Source: Pristiophorus japonicus
Lineage: Eukaryota
NCBI RefSeq assembly: GCF_044704955.1
Contig: NC_091992.1
Location: 122,946,001-123,010,000, forward strand
Length of the DNA stretch: 64,000 nucleotides
Direction: 5' to 3'
The notes beneath the pieces are model-generated. The model was not told the DNA's origin. It saw nothing but the letters and a program-made list of their open reading frames with translations, and did not search any database. Position 1 is the first letter of the stretch; each line of letters begins with the position of its first letter. A program made the position numbers and the translations under genes. Positions 49,425 to 60,700 of the stretch are shown one piece after another.

Positions 49425-51412
49425 TGGCCGGAAATAGCAACGAACCCGGGGACTGGGAGAAATTTAGAACTCAGCAGAGGAGGACAAAGGGTTTGATTAG
49501 GGCAGGGAAAATGGAGTACAAGAGGAAGCTTGCAGGGAACATTAAGGCGGATTGCAAAAGTTTCTATAGATATGTAAAGAGAAAAAGGTTAGTAAAGACA
49601 AACGTAGGTCCCCTGCAGTCAGAATCAGGGGAAGTCATAATGGGGAACAAAGAAATGGCGGACCAATTGAACAAGTACTTTGGTTCGGTATTCACTGAGG
49701 AGGACACAAACAACCTTCCGGATATAAAAGGGGTCAGAGGGTCTAGTAAGAAGGAGGAACTGAGAGAAATCCTTATTAGTCGGGAAATTGTGTTGGGGAA
49801 ATTGATGGGATTGAAGGCTGATAAATCCCCAGGGCCTGATGGACTGCATCCCAGAGTACTTAAGTAGGTGGCCTTGGAAATAGCAGATGCATTGACAGTC
49901 ATTTTCCAACATTCCATAGACTCTGGATCAGTTCATATGGAGTGGAGGGTAGCCAATGTAACCCCACTTTTTAAAAAAGGAGCGAGAGAGAAAACAGGGA
50001 ATTATAGACCGGTCAGCCTGACATCGATAGTGGGTAAAATGATGAAATCAATTATTAAGGATGTCATAGCAGCGCATTTGGAAAGAGGTGACATGATAGG
50101 TCCAAGTCAGCATGGATTTGTGAAAGGGAAATCATGCTTGACAAATCTTCTGGAATTTTTTGAGGATGTTTCCAGTAGAGTGGACAAGGGAGAACCAGTT
50201 GATATGGTGTAATTGGACTTTCAGAAGGCTTTCGACAAGGTCCCACACAAAAGATTAATGTGTAAAGTTAAAGCACATGGGATTGGGGGTAGTGTGCTGA
50301 CGTGGATTGAGAACTGGTTGGCAGACAGGAAGCAAAGAGTAGGAGTAAATGGGTACTTTTCAGAATGGCAGGCAGTGACTAGTGGGGTACCGCAAGGTTG
50401 TGTGCTGGGGCCCCAGCTGCTTACATTGTACATTAATGATTTAGACGAGGGGATTAAATGTAGTATCTCCAAATTTGTGGATGACACTAAGTTGGGTGGC
50501 AGTGTGAGCTGCAAGGAGGATGCTATGAGGCTGCAGAGTGACTTGGATAGGTTAGGTGAGTGGGCAAATGCATGGCAGATGAAGTATAATGTGGATAAAT
50601 GTGAGGTTATCCACTTTGGTGGTAAAAACAAAGAGACAGACTATTATCTGAATGGTGACAGATTAGGAAAAGGGGAGGTGCAACGAGACCTGGGTGTCAT
50701 GGTACATCAGTCATTGAAGGTTGGCATGCAGGTACAGCAGGCGGTTAAGAAAGCAAATGGCATGTTGGCCTTCATAGCGAGGGGATTTGAGTACAGGGGC
50801 AGGGAGGTGTTATTACAGTTGTACAGGGCCTTGGTGAGGCCACACCTGGAGTATTGTGTACAGTTTTGGTCTCCTAACTTGAGGAAGGACATTCTTGCTA
50901 TTGAGGGAGTGCAGCGAAGGTTCACCAGACTGATTCCCGGGATGGCGGGACTGACATATCAAGAAAGACCGGATCAACTGGGCTTGTATTCACTGGAGTT
51001 CAGAAGAATGAGAGGGGATCTCATAGAAATGTTTAAAATTCTGATGGGTTAAGACAGGTTAGACGCAGGAAGAATGTTCCCAATGTTGGGGAAGTCCAAA
51101 ACCAGGGGTCACAGTCTAAGGATAAGGGGCAAGCCATTTTAGGACCGAGATGAGGAGAAACTTCTTCACCCAGAGAGTGGTGAACCTGTGGAATTCTCTA
51201 CCACAGAAAGTTGTTGAGGCCAATTCACTAAATATATTCAAAAAGGAGTTAGATGAGGTCCTTACTACTAGGGGGATCAAGGGGTATGGCGAGAAAGCAG
51301 GAATGAGGTACTGAAGTTGCATGTTCAGCCATGAACTCATTGAATGGCGGTGCAGGCTAGAAGGGCCGAATGGCCTACTCCTGCACCTATTTTCTATGTT
51401 TCTATGTTTCTA
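49425..51412 (+). mobile_element. 5'-truncated CR1 LINE, subfamily B variant
   Basis: ORFs 49493-51052 separated by in-frame stops; (tttctatg)n tail. Confidence 0.94.
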
Positions 51413-52054
51413 TTTGTATAGCACCTTTCACCATCTCAGGATGCCCTAAAGCCCTTTACGGCCAATGAAGTACTTTGGAAGTGTGGTCACTAATGTAGGA
51501 AAAGTGGCAGCCAATTTGCACACAGCAAGCTCCCACAAACAACGATGACCAAATTTAAATTCTGCTAACCTGGAGCTGAGCGACCAGAGACTCGAGGAAC
51601 CGCAGACAGCCTGGGTACAGAATCTCTCTGGTGCCTCTCGTATTTTTGCTTTCAGCAAAATTTCGCTCAATACAAGGTGAAGACAAATGAACAAGGTCAC
51701 TCAGCCCAGTCTAGCTCACCCGCCCGGAGAGTAGACCCTATAGTCCCCTCCGCACAGCAGCCAAACTGTAGCTCGAATGGCTCGAGTTCTGACTTTGTGT
51801 TATAGAACTATTACAAGTATGAAACACCCAGAATCCTACTTTGATTTGGCTGATGGCTCCCATCCACGTGTGAATCCAGCTCCCTGTCGAGTCGTGGCTG
51901 GTGACCATGTGATAACACCTTGCTACACAGTGACATGTCTTTAGATTATTACGTTAACCTGGAACGTAAAATAAAATTAACAGACTTAATGACAGAATAC
52001 TGTGACAGCGAATTCCCGCCACGTTGGCCCTGCTTAGTTCAATTATTCCTGTTA

Positions 52055-54940
52055 CAGGTTGAGCGACTCTGGGACGATCCGTGGCAGCATCGTCCAGAAT
52101 CCGCAAAATGTTCCGGAATCCGGACACCCTGCCAAACTGTTACTGCCGCCAGCCTGGCCCAGTGAAACGTCAAAACATGAAATCCAACTACTGTACAGTG
52201 ACTAAAATTGCAAGAATAAAAACGCCTACCTGTTCCAGGCCAAGTCTTCACAGTCACCGCATCGCAACTCTATACAGCACACAAGTCCCTTCGGCCAAAA
52301 CCAACCAAGCTCCCGCGCGCAAGTCCCCGGCCAGAATCAAACTCTGCACAGCACACTGCAGCTCCCCAAAGCAGCAACCGCGTGATCAGATCACAACGCC
52401 CCATGACTCCGAGTGGCACTGACCTGACCTCACCTGACCACAATGCGATTGTAAGTTTGCACACCTGTACATGTACCTGTAATAAAAAAATACTACCTGC
52501 ACCTGTACTGTCCATGCACTTTTACATTCAGCATTTTTTTTTAAATACTGGCATTAAACATTATAGGGCTACCCCAGCTGACCCACCTACATCCCATGAT
52601 CAGACCCCACCCAACCTGACTATATCGCTGTGGTGTTTTTCCCGATTTTTAAAGATCTGCACAGGTAAAGATTGTGAATTTGTGTTGTCATTGCAAACAT
52701 GTCAAAAAGGCCAACAGATACCCCAATGGATTCAGATAAAGGAAAGAGGAGGCATAGTTCACTTTCAATTGCCAAGAAAGTGGAGTTACTCCAGAGATTA
52801 GATAGAGGTGCTTCAGTGAGAAGATTGAGTGAGGAGTATGGCGTCGGAATCTCCACCATCTATGATATTAGAAAACAGAAAGAACAGCTCATGAAGTTTT
52901 ATGTGGAAAGTGATGTTCATAAGGAAATGAGTAAGAGGAAAAAGTATGCACAAGCCGAAGTGTGATGATTTGGATCGAGCAGTGATGGAATGGTGGCGAC
53001 AGAGGCAAAGTGAAAAGGTTCCTTTGTCTGGCCCAATGGTGGTGCAACAAGCTAAAAATATTCCAAGCACAACTGGGGATTGAAACTCCATGCGAGCACT
53101 CTTCTGGTTGGCTAGCCAAATTTAAAAGGCATCATGGCATCAGGCAACTGAAAGTATGTGGTGAGAAAGCCTCAACAGATCATAAGGCAGCTGAAAATTA
53201 TATCGATGAGTTCATCAAACTAATTGCTGATGAAAACCTTTCACCTTGAAAAATGTACGATGCTGTCGAGACAGCACTGTTTTGGCGCTACGTATCGCAA
53301 CCAGCAGGTGTAAAAGACCCCAAGGATAGGTTGACTGTGCTTGCAGCTGCAAATGCGGCTGGGACACAAGTGTAAGCTTATGGTCATTGGGAGAAGCCAG
53401 CGTCCAAGATGTTTCAAGGGTTTGAGAGTATTGCCAGTGCATTATTCTGCCAATGGATAACCAGAGTAATCTTTCTCAACTGGTTTGAGAAAGATTTTGT
53501 CCCTCAGGCGCGTGCTCATTGCATGGAAGCTGGCTTTGAGGAAAACTGCAAAATATACTTGCTGCTAGACAATTGCTCAGCACATCCCGATGCTGAGCTT
53601 CTGGTAAAGGATAATGTCCATGGAATCTACTTACCACCAAATGTTACATCACTGATACAGCCAGTGGACCAAGGAATTTTGAGATCGATGAAGTGTCTAC
53701 AAAAATGAATTTATGAAGTGTTTATTGAATGCTGTGAACACAGGCATGGGAATTAAAGCATTCTCAAAAGCTTTCTCTATCAAGGACGCCATATGGGAAG
53801 CTGCAGATACATGGAACTTGCTAACTGCAGACACCTTGGTCAACGCTTGGCATAACATCTGGCCATCAACTCCTCAGGACTTTCAAGGCTTTCATGTGTC
53901 CAAGGAGAAAGCAATGATTGTTCAACTTTTAGATTATGCAACAGGGCTGACTTGCGAAGCTGTGCAGGAATTGAATGAGGACGATGTGGCAGAAGTCATG
54001 GACATAGACAGCGATGCCCCCATTGTGCATTGTGCAGTGACAGATGAAGAAATCATGCAGAGGGTTTTGCATCCAGAAGAAAAGGATGAAAGCAGTGAGG
54101 ATGATGATGATGCCTGTGATCTAATCGAAAAAGTGCCCATTGACAAAGCAATCAATCGCTGTCAAGAATTAATTCATGCCTTAGAGCAATGAAGCTTCAT
54201 AAATGAAGAAGAAATACTGCAGGTCTAGAGAATTCCAGAAAGATTAGTGAAAGGAAAGCCCAAATTATTTAAACAAACAACAATATTAAATATCTTTCAA
54301 ATGATGTCGCAACAGAAGGCCCAAGAGCTACAGCGTGCATCTACACTAGTAATTTCTACATTTGATAATCCGATTGCTAGCTCATCATCAGCCCCAGACA
54401 TCATAGCTGAGCCCTTTACCTCAAGCACAACCTCCAGCCAATTGTAACTGTACCTGTTTATTTTTACTCTGTTTAACAAATAAAAGCCTTAATTTAGTTT
54501 TATATTTCATAACTTAACTGTTTTACAAATAAAAACCTTTATTATATTTCATGCTTTGCGCACTGTACATTCCTTTTCAAATTTGAAGATGGCAGCAAAA
54601 GATACAGGCCAGGAAGTTCACATTAAGTACAGTTACAGGATACTGCGTTGCAAAAACAACAGAGGGAGGCTTACCATGCGTTGCGAAGAAGGGAGGACGA
54701 CAAGGTCTGCGAGGAGAAGAACTACAAGATGACGTCCGAAAACCGGAAATATGGCAACCTGGGCCCAGGCATTTCCGGACTCAGGATGCGCTTCTGGCGT
54801 TCCAAAATCGGGAAATACCCGCACCTGAGCTCGGACTTTTCCGGACTTCGGACATCAGAAACACGTTTCGACGTCTGGAAAAACACAAAAACCGGCTCAG
54901 CCTCGGTCCCGAGGTTGCCGGATTCGGGACGCTCAATCTG
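52055..54940 (+). mobile_element. Full-length, decayed Tigger/pogo DNA transposon
   Basis: TA TSD; TIRs CAGGTTGAGCG / CGCTCAATCTG. Transposase fragments 52699-54447 with CENP-B-type HTH (LSIAKKVELL...YGVGISTIYDI), GWLAKFKRHHGI, LLLDNCSAHP and LIQPVDQG. Confidence 0.93.
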
Positions 54941-54952
54941 TACTGTGTAGTT

Positions 54953-54967
54953 GCTGCCCTCTAGTGG
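54953..54967 (-). promoter_or_regulatory. CTCF consensus site
   Basis: Minus strand CCACTAGAGGGCAGC. Motif match only. Confidence 0.55.
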
Positions 54968-55253
54968 TGATTTGTTTCATTTCAGTTTTGGGTTGCATGC
55001 CCTGACTACAGAACTAATTAAATGTAAAAGTTGTAAGTTAAATCAGTATTGTTTGTCTTTCTCTCATTGTCTCCCTCTCACTCTCACTCCTGTTTGCCTC
55101 CATACAGGGTTCTGCCATATTTGCAGGATTAGAATCTTAGAATGATGTAGCACAGGAGGGGGGTCATTTGACCCATCAGGCCTCTGCTGGCTCTCCAGCC
55201 AATGAAGTGGCTCATTAAAGCATCGACGCTGATTACTGTTGTCTCGTTTTCAG

Positions 55254-55439
55254 ATTGCGGGAATTCATTCACGCCTTGTAAAGAATCTCCCGGACGGGAC
55301 TTTTGATTTGAATGAAGTCGAATCAAAAATACGCCAGGGTTTCCCAGACCCGCACTACCCCAGGACAAGCGTCATTTGCCTGGAGAACACCCATAATGTG
55401 CAAGGAGGACGGGTTCTACCGCTTTCCTTTCTCCGGGAG
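55254..55439 (+). CDS. THA1: L-threonine aldolase internal exon, IAGIHSRLVKNLPDGTFDL...VICLENTHNVQGGRVLPLSFLRE
   Basis: Acceptor gtctcgttttcag, donor gtgagt, 186 nt, phase 0-0. Contains the LENTHNxxGG motif; lies within ORF 55239-55478. Confidence 0.95.
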
Positions 55440-55659
55440 GTGAGTCAACGCCTGCTTAAAACTATTAAGACGATTTGAAGTCAAACTTTTATCCAGATTA
55501 AGTACTGGCAGACTGGCAGTGCTGTGCCCCAGCAACAGCCAGTCCCATCAGGAGAGGAGGTGAGGGAGAAGGCCCTGTTTGTTTGTGTGTGATCCATTGC
55601 CTCTTAGACTGGTGCAGGGACTTGTCCATGATCCCTGAGTGAAGACTGATCTGCTGTTG

Positions 55660-55673
55660 CCACCAGGGGGAGC
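55660..55673 (+). promoter_or_regulatory. CTCF consensus-like site
   Basis: CCACCAGGGGGAGC. Motif match only. Confidence 0.5.
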
Positions 55674-55697
55674 ACGAGTACAGCACTGATCGTCAGT

Positions 55698-56830
55698 CAA
55701 TAACAACTTGTATTTATATAGTGCTTTTAACATAGTGAAACAGCCCAAAGTGCTTCACAGGAGTGTTATCAAACAAAATTTGACACCGAGCCACATAAGG
55801 AGATATTAGGACAGGTGACCAAAAGCTTGGTCAAAAAGGTAGGTTTTAAGCAGTATCTTAAAGGAGGAAAGGGAGATGGATAGGTTTAGCGAGGGAATTC
55901 CAGAGCTTAGGGCCTAGGCAGCTGAAAACACGACCGTCAATTGTGGAGCGATAATCGGAGATGCAGAAGAGGCCAGAATTGGAGGAGTGCAGATTTCTCA
56001 GAAGGTTGTGGTGCTGGAGGAGATTACAGAGATAGGGAGCGGTGAGACCATGGAGGGATTTGCAAATAAGAATGAGAATTTTAAAATCGAGATGTTGCTT
56101 AACCGGCCGCCAGTGTAGGTCAGCGAGCACAGGGGTGATGGGTGAGCGGGACTTGGTGCAAATTAGGATACGAGCAGCAGAGTTTTAGATGACCTCAAGT
56201 TTATGGAGGATGGCAGATGAGAGGCTGGCCAGGAGTGCGTTAGAATAGTCAAGTCTGGAGGTAACACAGGCATGGATGAGGGTTTCGGCAGCAGATAAGC
56301 TGAGGCAAGGGCGGGTGATATTACGGAGGTGGAAATAGGCGGCCTTAGTGATGGAGAAGATATGGGGTCGGAAGCTCATCTCAGGGTCAAATACGACACC
56401 AAGGTTGCGAACTGTCTGGTTCATCCTCAGACAGTTGACCGGGAGAGTAAGAAGACCAGGAAACTGAGTTTGTGGCAGGGCCCGAAGACAATGGCTTCGG
56501 TTTTCCCAGTATTTAGTTGGAGGAACTGGATGTCGGTCACTACTGGATGGCGGACAAACAGTCTGACAAGTTAGAGACAGTGGAGGGATTGAGCGAGGTG
56601 GTGGCGAGGTAGAGCTGGTTGCCTTTGGCATACATGTGGAAACTGATGCTGTGTTTTCGGATGATGTCGCCAAGGGGCAGCATGTAAATGAGAAACAGGA
56701 GGGAGCCAAGGATAGATCCTTGCGGGACACCAGAGATAATGGTGAGCGAGTGGGGAAGAGAAGATGATTTTCTGGCTGCGATTAGATAGATAAGAATAGA
56801 ACCAGGTGAGTGTGGTCCCATCGAGCAATC
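55698..56830 (-). mobile_element. L2-clade LINE 3' part
   Basis: Minus ORFs with GVPQGSILG, a degenerate FHMYA(DD), and the L2-typical LIHAxVTSRLDYSNALL and LHW.PV motifs. Confidence 0.88.
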
Positions 56831-56834
56831 AAAG

Positions 56835-57036
56835 AAGGGGATATTTTACGTCCACCTGAGAGGGCAGACGGGGCCTCGTTTTAACATCTCATCCGAAAGA
56901 CAGCACCTCCGACAGTGCAGCACTCCCTCAGCACTGCGCTGGAGTGTCAGCCTAGATTATGTGCTCAAGTCTCTGAAATCGGACTTGAACCTACATCTTT
57001 TTGACTCTGAGGTGAGAGTGCTGCCCACTGAGCCAC
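56835..57036 (-). mobile_element. Deu-domain tRNA SINE
   Basis: Matches 62690-62885. Confidence 0.8.
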
Positions 57037-57729
57037 AAAAGCTGAGGCCACCTTATCGGAGCGGCTATAGGGAGGCAGTTCCTTGTGAGGTGGCAGCTGA
57101 AGGTGGTGTTGGTGACATTATGTGATACAATCCCAGGGATTTGCTGCCTGGCACAGGGCAATCCACCTGGCACAGCAAAGTGCCCCGTGCCAGGGGAGAT
57201 GATCAGTGGAGAATTGGGGCTTTTCAGATGCCAAGGAAATAGCAACTGAGTCAGCGAGTGATTAATGATCGCTCAGAAGCCAACATTTCCACTGGCCCCG
57301 AGCCTGTGAAGCTGCCCTACTCAGGCAGGGCAACCTGAGGCAGGAATGGGATCTCACAAGATTCATCGCAGAGCATGGCACTGTTGCCGAACCGTTTGCC
57401 CGACTTGTGTGACGCCTCCCTACCGGCGTGCCGTCAAAACTCATCATTAAAATAAATCCTGCTAGCCACTTTAATACTGATTCTAGCAAGAGGCTGCTGC
57501 CTTTGGTAAGTGCTACATGAGTGACATTTCGGGCAGAAGCTGCGAGTCTGGGGTTTCTGACACCAGGCAGCCAGTCCCAGAGATTGTAAATTAAACCTGC
57601 GGACTCACGCATGCTGGTGAGACACTGGTTGGGCGTATTCCTGGAGGTTTCGTCACATGACTTCCGGCCCCGAACCATTCCGCCCAGTCAAACAGCCCCT
57701 TTTTCCCCAGCTCCAAAATCATTAAAGAA

Positions 57730-60700
57730 AGAAAGGCTTGCATCTATGTAGCGCCTTTCACGACCACCGGACATCCCAAAGCGCTTTACAGCCAATTAAG
57801 TTGTCATGTATTCTACTATCTTAGTAATCCATGTATAAACTGACCTAAGTTGTACACCGTGAGAACACTGACCACTAGGTGGTGAACTTGTGGGAGACAC
57901 TGCTAACCTGGACTTTCAGGTATAAAAGAGGAAGCTCCACCCATCTTCTCCACTTCAGTGCTGGCAAATAAAAGTTACTGGTCACAAAGTGACCTTCTCT
58001 CTAGTATGGGCCTCGTGTGCATTTATACTGTATAGTCAGGACATATTATTGGCGACGAGAAACTGGGATTTAAACCACTAGCAGCATAGACAAGAGGTAC
58101 TGTGTTGGTGATGATTGGGACGATTTTATTGAGAAACTACAGCAAAGTTTTGTCACTAAGGAATGGCTGGGACAGGATTCGGCCGACAAACGCAGGGCTC
58201 ATCTCCTGACGGTTTGTGGATCCAGGACGTACTCCCTGATGAAGGACCTTCTAGCGCCAGAGAAGCCGGCAGACAAGACGTTCAAAGAGCTCAGTAAGTT
58301 GATCGGGGAACACTTTAAACCGGCGAGCAGCATGCACATGGCAAGACACCGGTTTTACATGCACCGGCGGCGAGAAGGGCAAAGCGTTCCAGACTTCGTG
58401 GCAGACCTCCGGCGACTGGCGAGCCTATGTAAGTTTCCAGATGCATGCAGAGCAGAGATGCTGCGAGACTTTTTTATTGAGGGCATCGGGCACGCTGGGG
58501 TTTTCAGGAAACTGATTGAGACCAAAGACTTGACCCTGGAAACGGCGGCTTTGATGGCCCAGACATTTATCTCGGGAGGAAGAGACCAGAATGATGTTTG
58601 ACAAAAATCTTGGTTTAAATGCAGCAAATGGACAGGGAGTCAACATTGTTAACGTGGCACACAGTTCTCCAGGCAGACAAGGGCAATCGGACATGCCCGA
58701 GCATGTAGTCGAACCCAAAGGGGGAATTCAATAGAGACAATGGCTAGCTGAACGGCGATTCATGCCATCGCAAGGGACAATGCGGCCAGTAATGGGGCCA
58801 TCAACACCTGTCAATGGTGCGTTTAAGGACAGTTACAGAGACTGTCAGAGATGATTGACTGGTAATGGACCTTTTGTTTCCAACAACGGCTCATGTTGGA
58901 GGTGTGGAGGCAAACACACAGCCAGAGCTTGCAGGTATCAGCAATATACCTGCAGAAATTGCAACGTCAACGGTCACTTGGCACGTATGTGCAGGAAGCC
59001 TGCAGCCAGGTTGATGTACGAGGAGGACAGGCCTGATGTAAGCCCTACGAGGCCAAATGAACACTGGGGGAAATCGCTGGAAGCTGAAGTTCAGCGAGTA
59101 CATGTGGAGCACATATACAGTTCATACACCAGGACGCCACCGATAATGATGAAAGTGCTCCTCAATGGCATCTCAATATCAATGGAGCTAGACACAGGGG
59201 CCAGCCAGTCCCTGATGAGTATCAAACAGTTCGACAAGTTGTGGGCGTCCAAGGCCAGGAGGCCAAAATTATTGCCGATTGACGCACAGCTACGGACATA
59301 TACAAAGGAGATCATTCCGGTGCTAGGCAGCGCCACGGTAGTCGTGACCCACAAAGATTCGGAGAACAGGTTGCCACTCTGGATTGTCCCGGGGGACGGT
59401 CCCGCGCTGCTGGGGAGGAGTTGGCTTGCTGTCATGAACTGGAAATGGGGCGATGTCAATGCAATTTCCTCTGTGGAGCGAGTATCATGCTCACAGATCC
59501 TGGACAAATTTGACTCATTATTTCAACCCGGCATCGGCACTTTCATGGGGGCCAAGGTAGTGATTCACATAAACCCGGACGCCAGGCCAGTACACCACAA
59601 GGCCAGAACGGTGCCGTACGTGATGCGGGAAAAGATAGAAGGCGAATTGGACCGCCTGCTGAGGGAAGGCATCATCTCGCCAGTCAAATTCAGTAACTGG
59701 GCGAGCCCGATTATGCCGGTGCTCAAGGAGGATGGGTCGGTCAGGATATGTGGCGATTACAAGGCCACCATCAATCGGGTGTCACTCCAAGACCAGTACC
59801 CGCTACCGAGAGCGGAGGACCTCTTTGCGACGCTATCTGGTGGCAAACTTTTTTCAAAATTGGACCTGACCTCAGCTTATATGACCCAGGAGCTGGCGAG
59901 TGAGTCGAAGAAGCTGACCACCATCATGACACACAAGGGGTTGTTTGAGTACAACAGATGTCCATTGGGATTCGCTCGGCCGCCGCGATCTTCCAACGAA
60001 ATATGGAAAGTCTCCTCCAGTCAATTCCAAGGACGGTGGTTTTTCAAGACGACATCCTCATCACGGGTTGCGATACTGAAGAACACCTCCACAACCTGGA
60101 GGAGGTGCTACGCAGACTGGACCGGGTAGGTCTGCGACTGAAAAAGGCGAAGTGCATTTTCCTAGCTCCAGAGGTAGAATTCCTGGGGATGAGGATAGCA
60201 GCAGACGGGATCAGACCTACTGCGTCCAAGCCGGAAGCGATCCAGAGAGCACCCAGACCCCGTAACACGGCGGAGCTGCGTTCGTTCCTGGGGCTCCTGA
60301 ACTATTTTGGTAACTTTCTTCCCAAATTGAGCACGCTGCTAGAGCCGCTACACGTGTTCCTACGCAAAGGTTGCGAATGGGTCTGGGGGGACAGCCAGTA
60401 AAGGGCTTTTGACAGAGCACGCAATTTGTTTTGCTCCAACAATCTGTTAACGCTATCCATGTAAGAAACTTGTTTTAACGTGCGATGCGTCGTCCTATGG
60501 GGTCGGGTGTGTGTTGCAGCATGTTAATGCCAAGGGTCAGTTACAGCCGGTAGCTTATGCCTCCAGAAGTCTGTCGCAGGCAGAAATGGGCTACGAGATG
60601 GTAGAAAAAGAAGCGCTTGCAAGTGTATATGCAGTAAAAAAAAATGCACCAGTACCTGTTTGGCAGGAAATTTGAGCTGGAGACAGATCACAAACCCCTA

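Noticed and set aside
8910-50631. Recurrent antisense ORF MFLPPKWITSHL...LSKAF
   Set aside because: Shadow frame of CR1 RT, repeated because the LINE is repeated.
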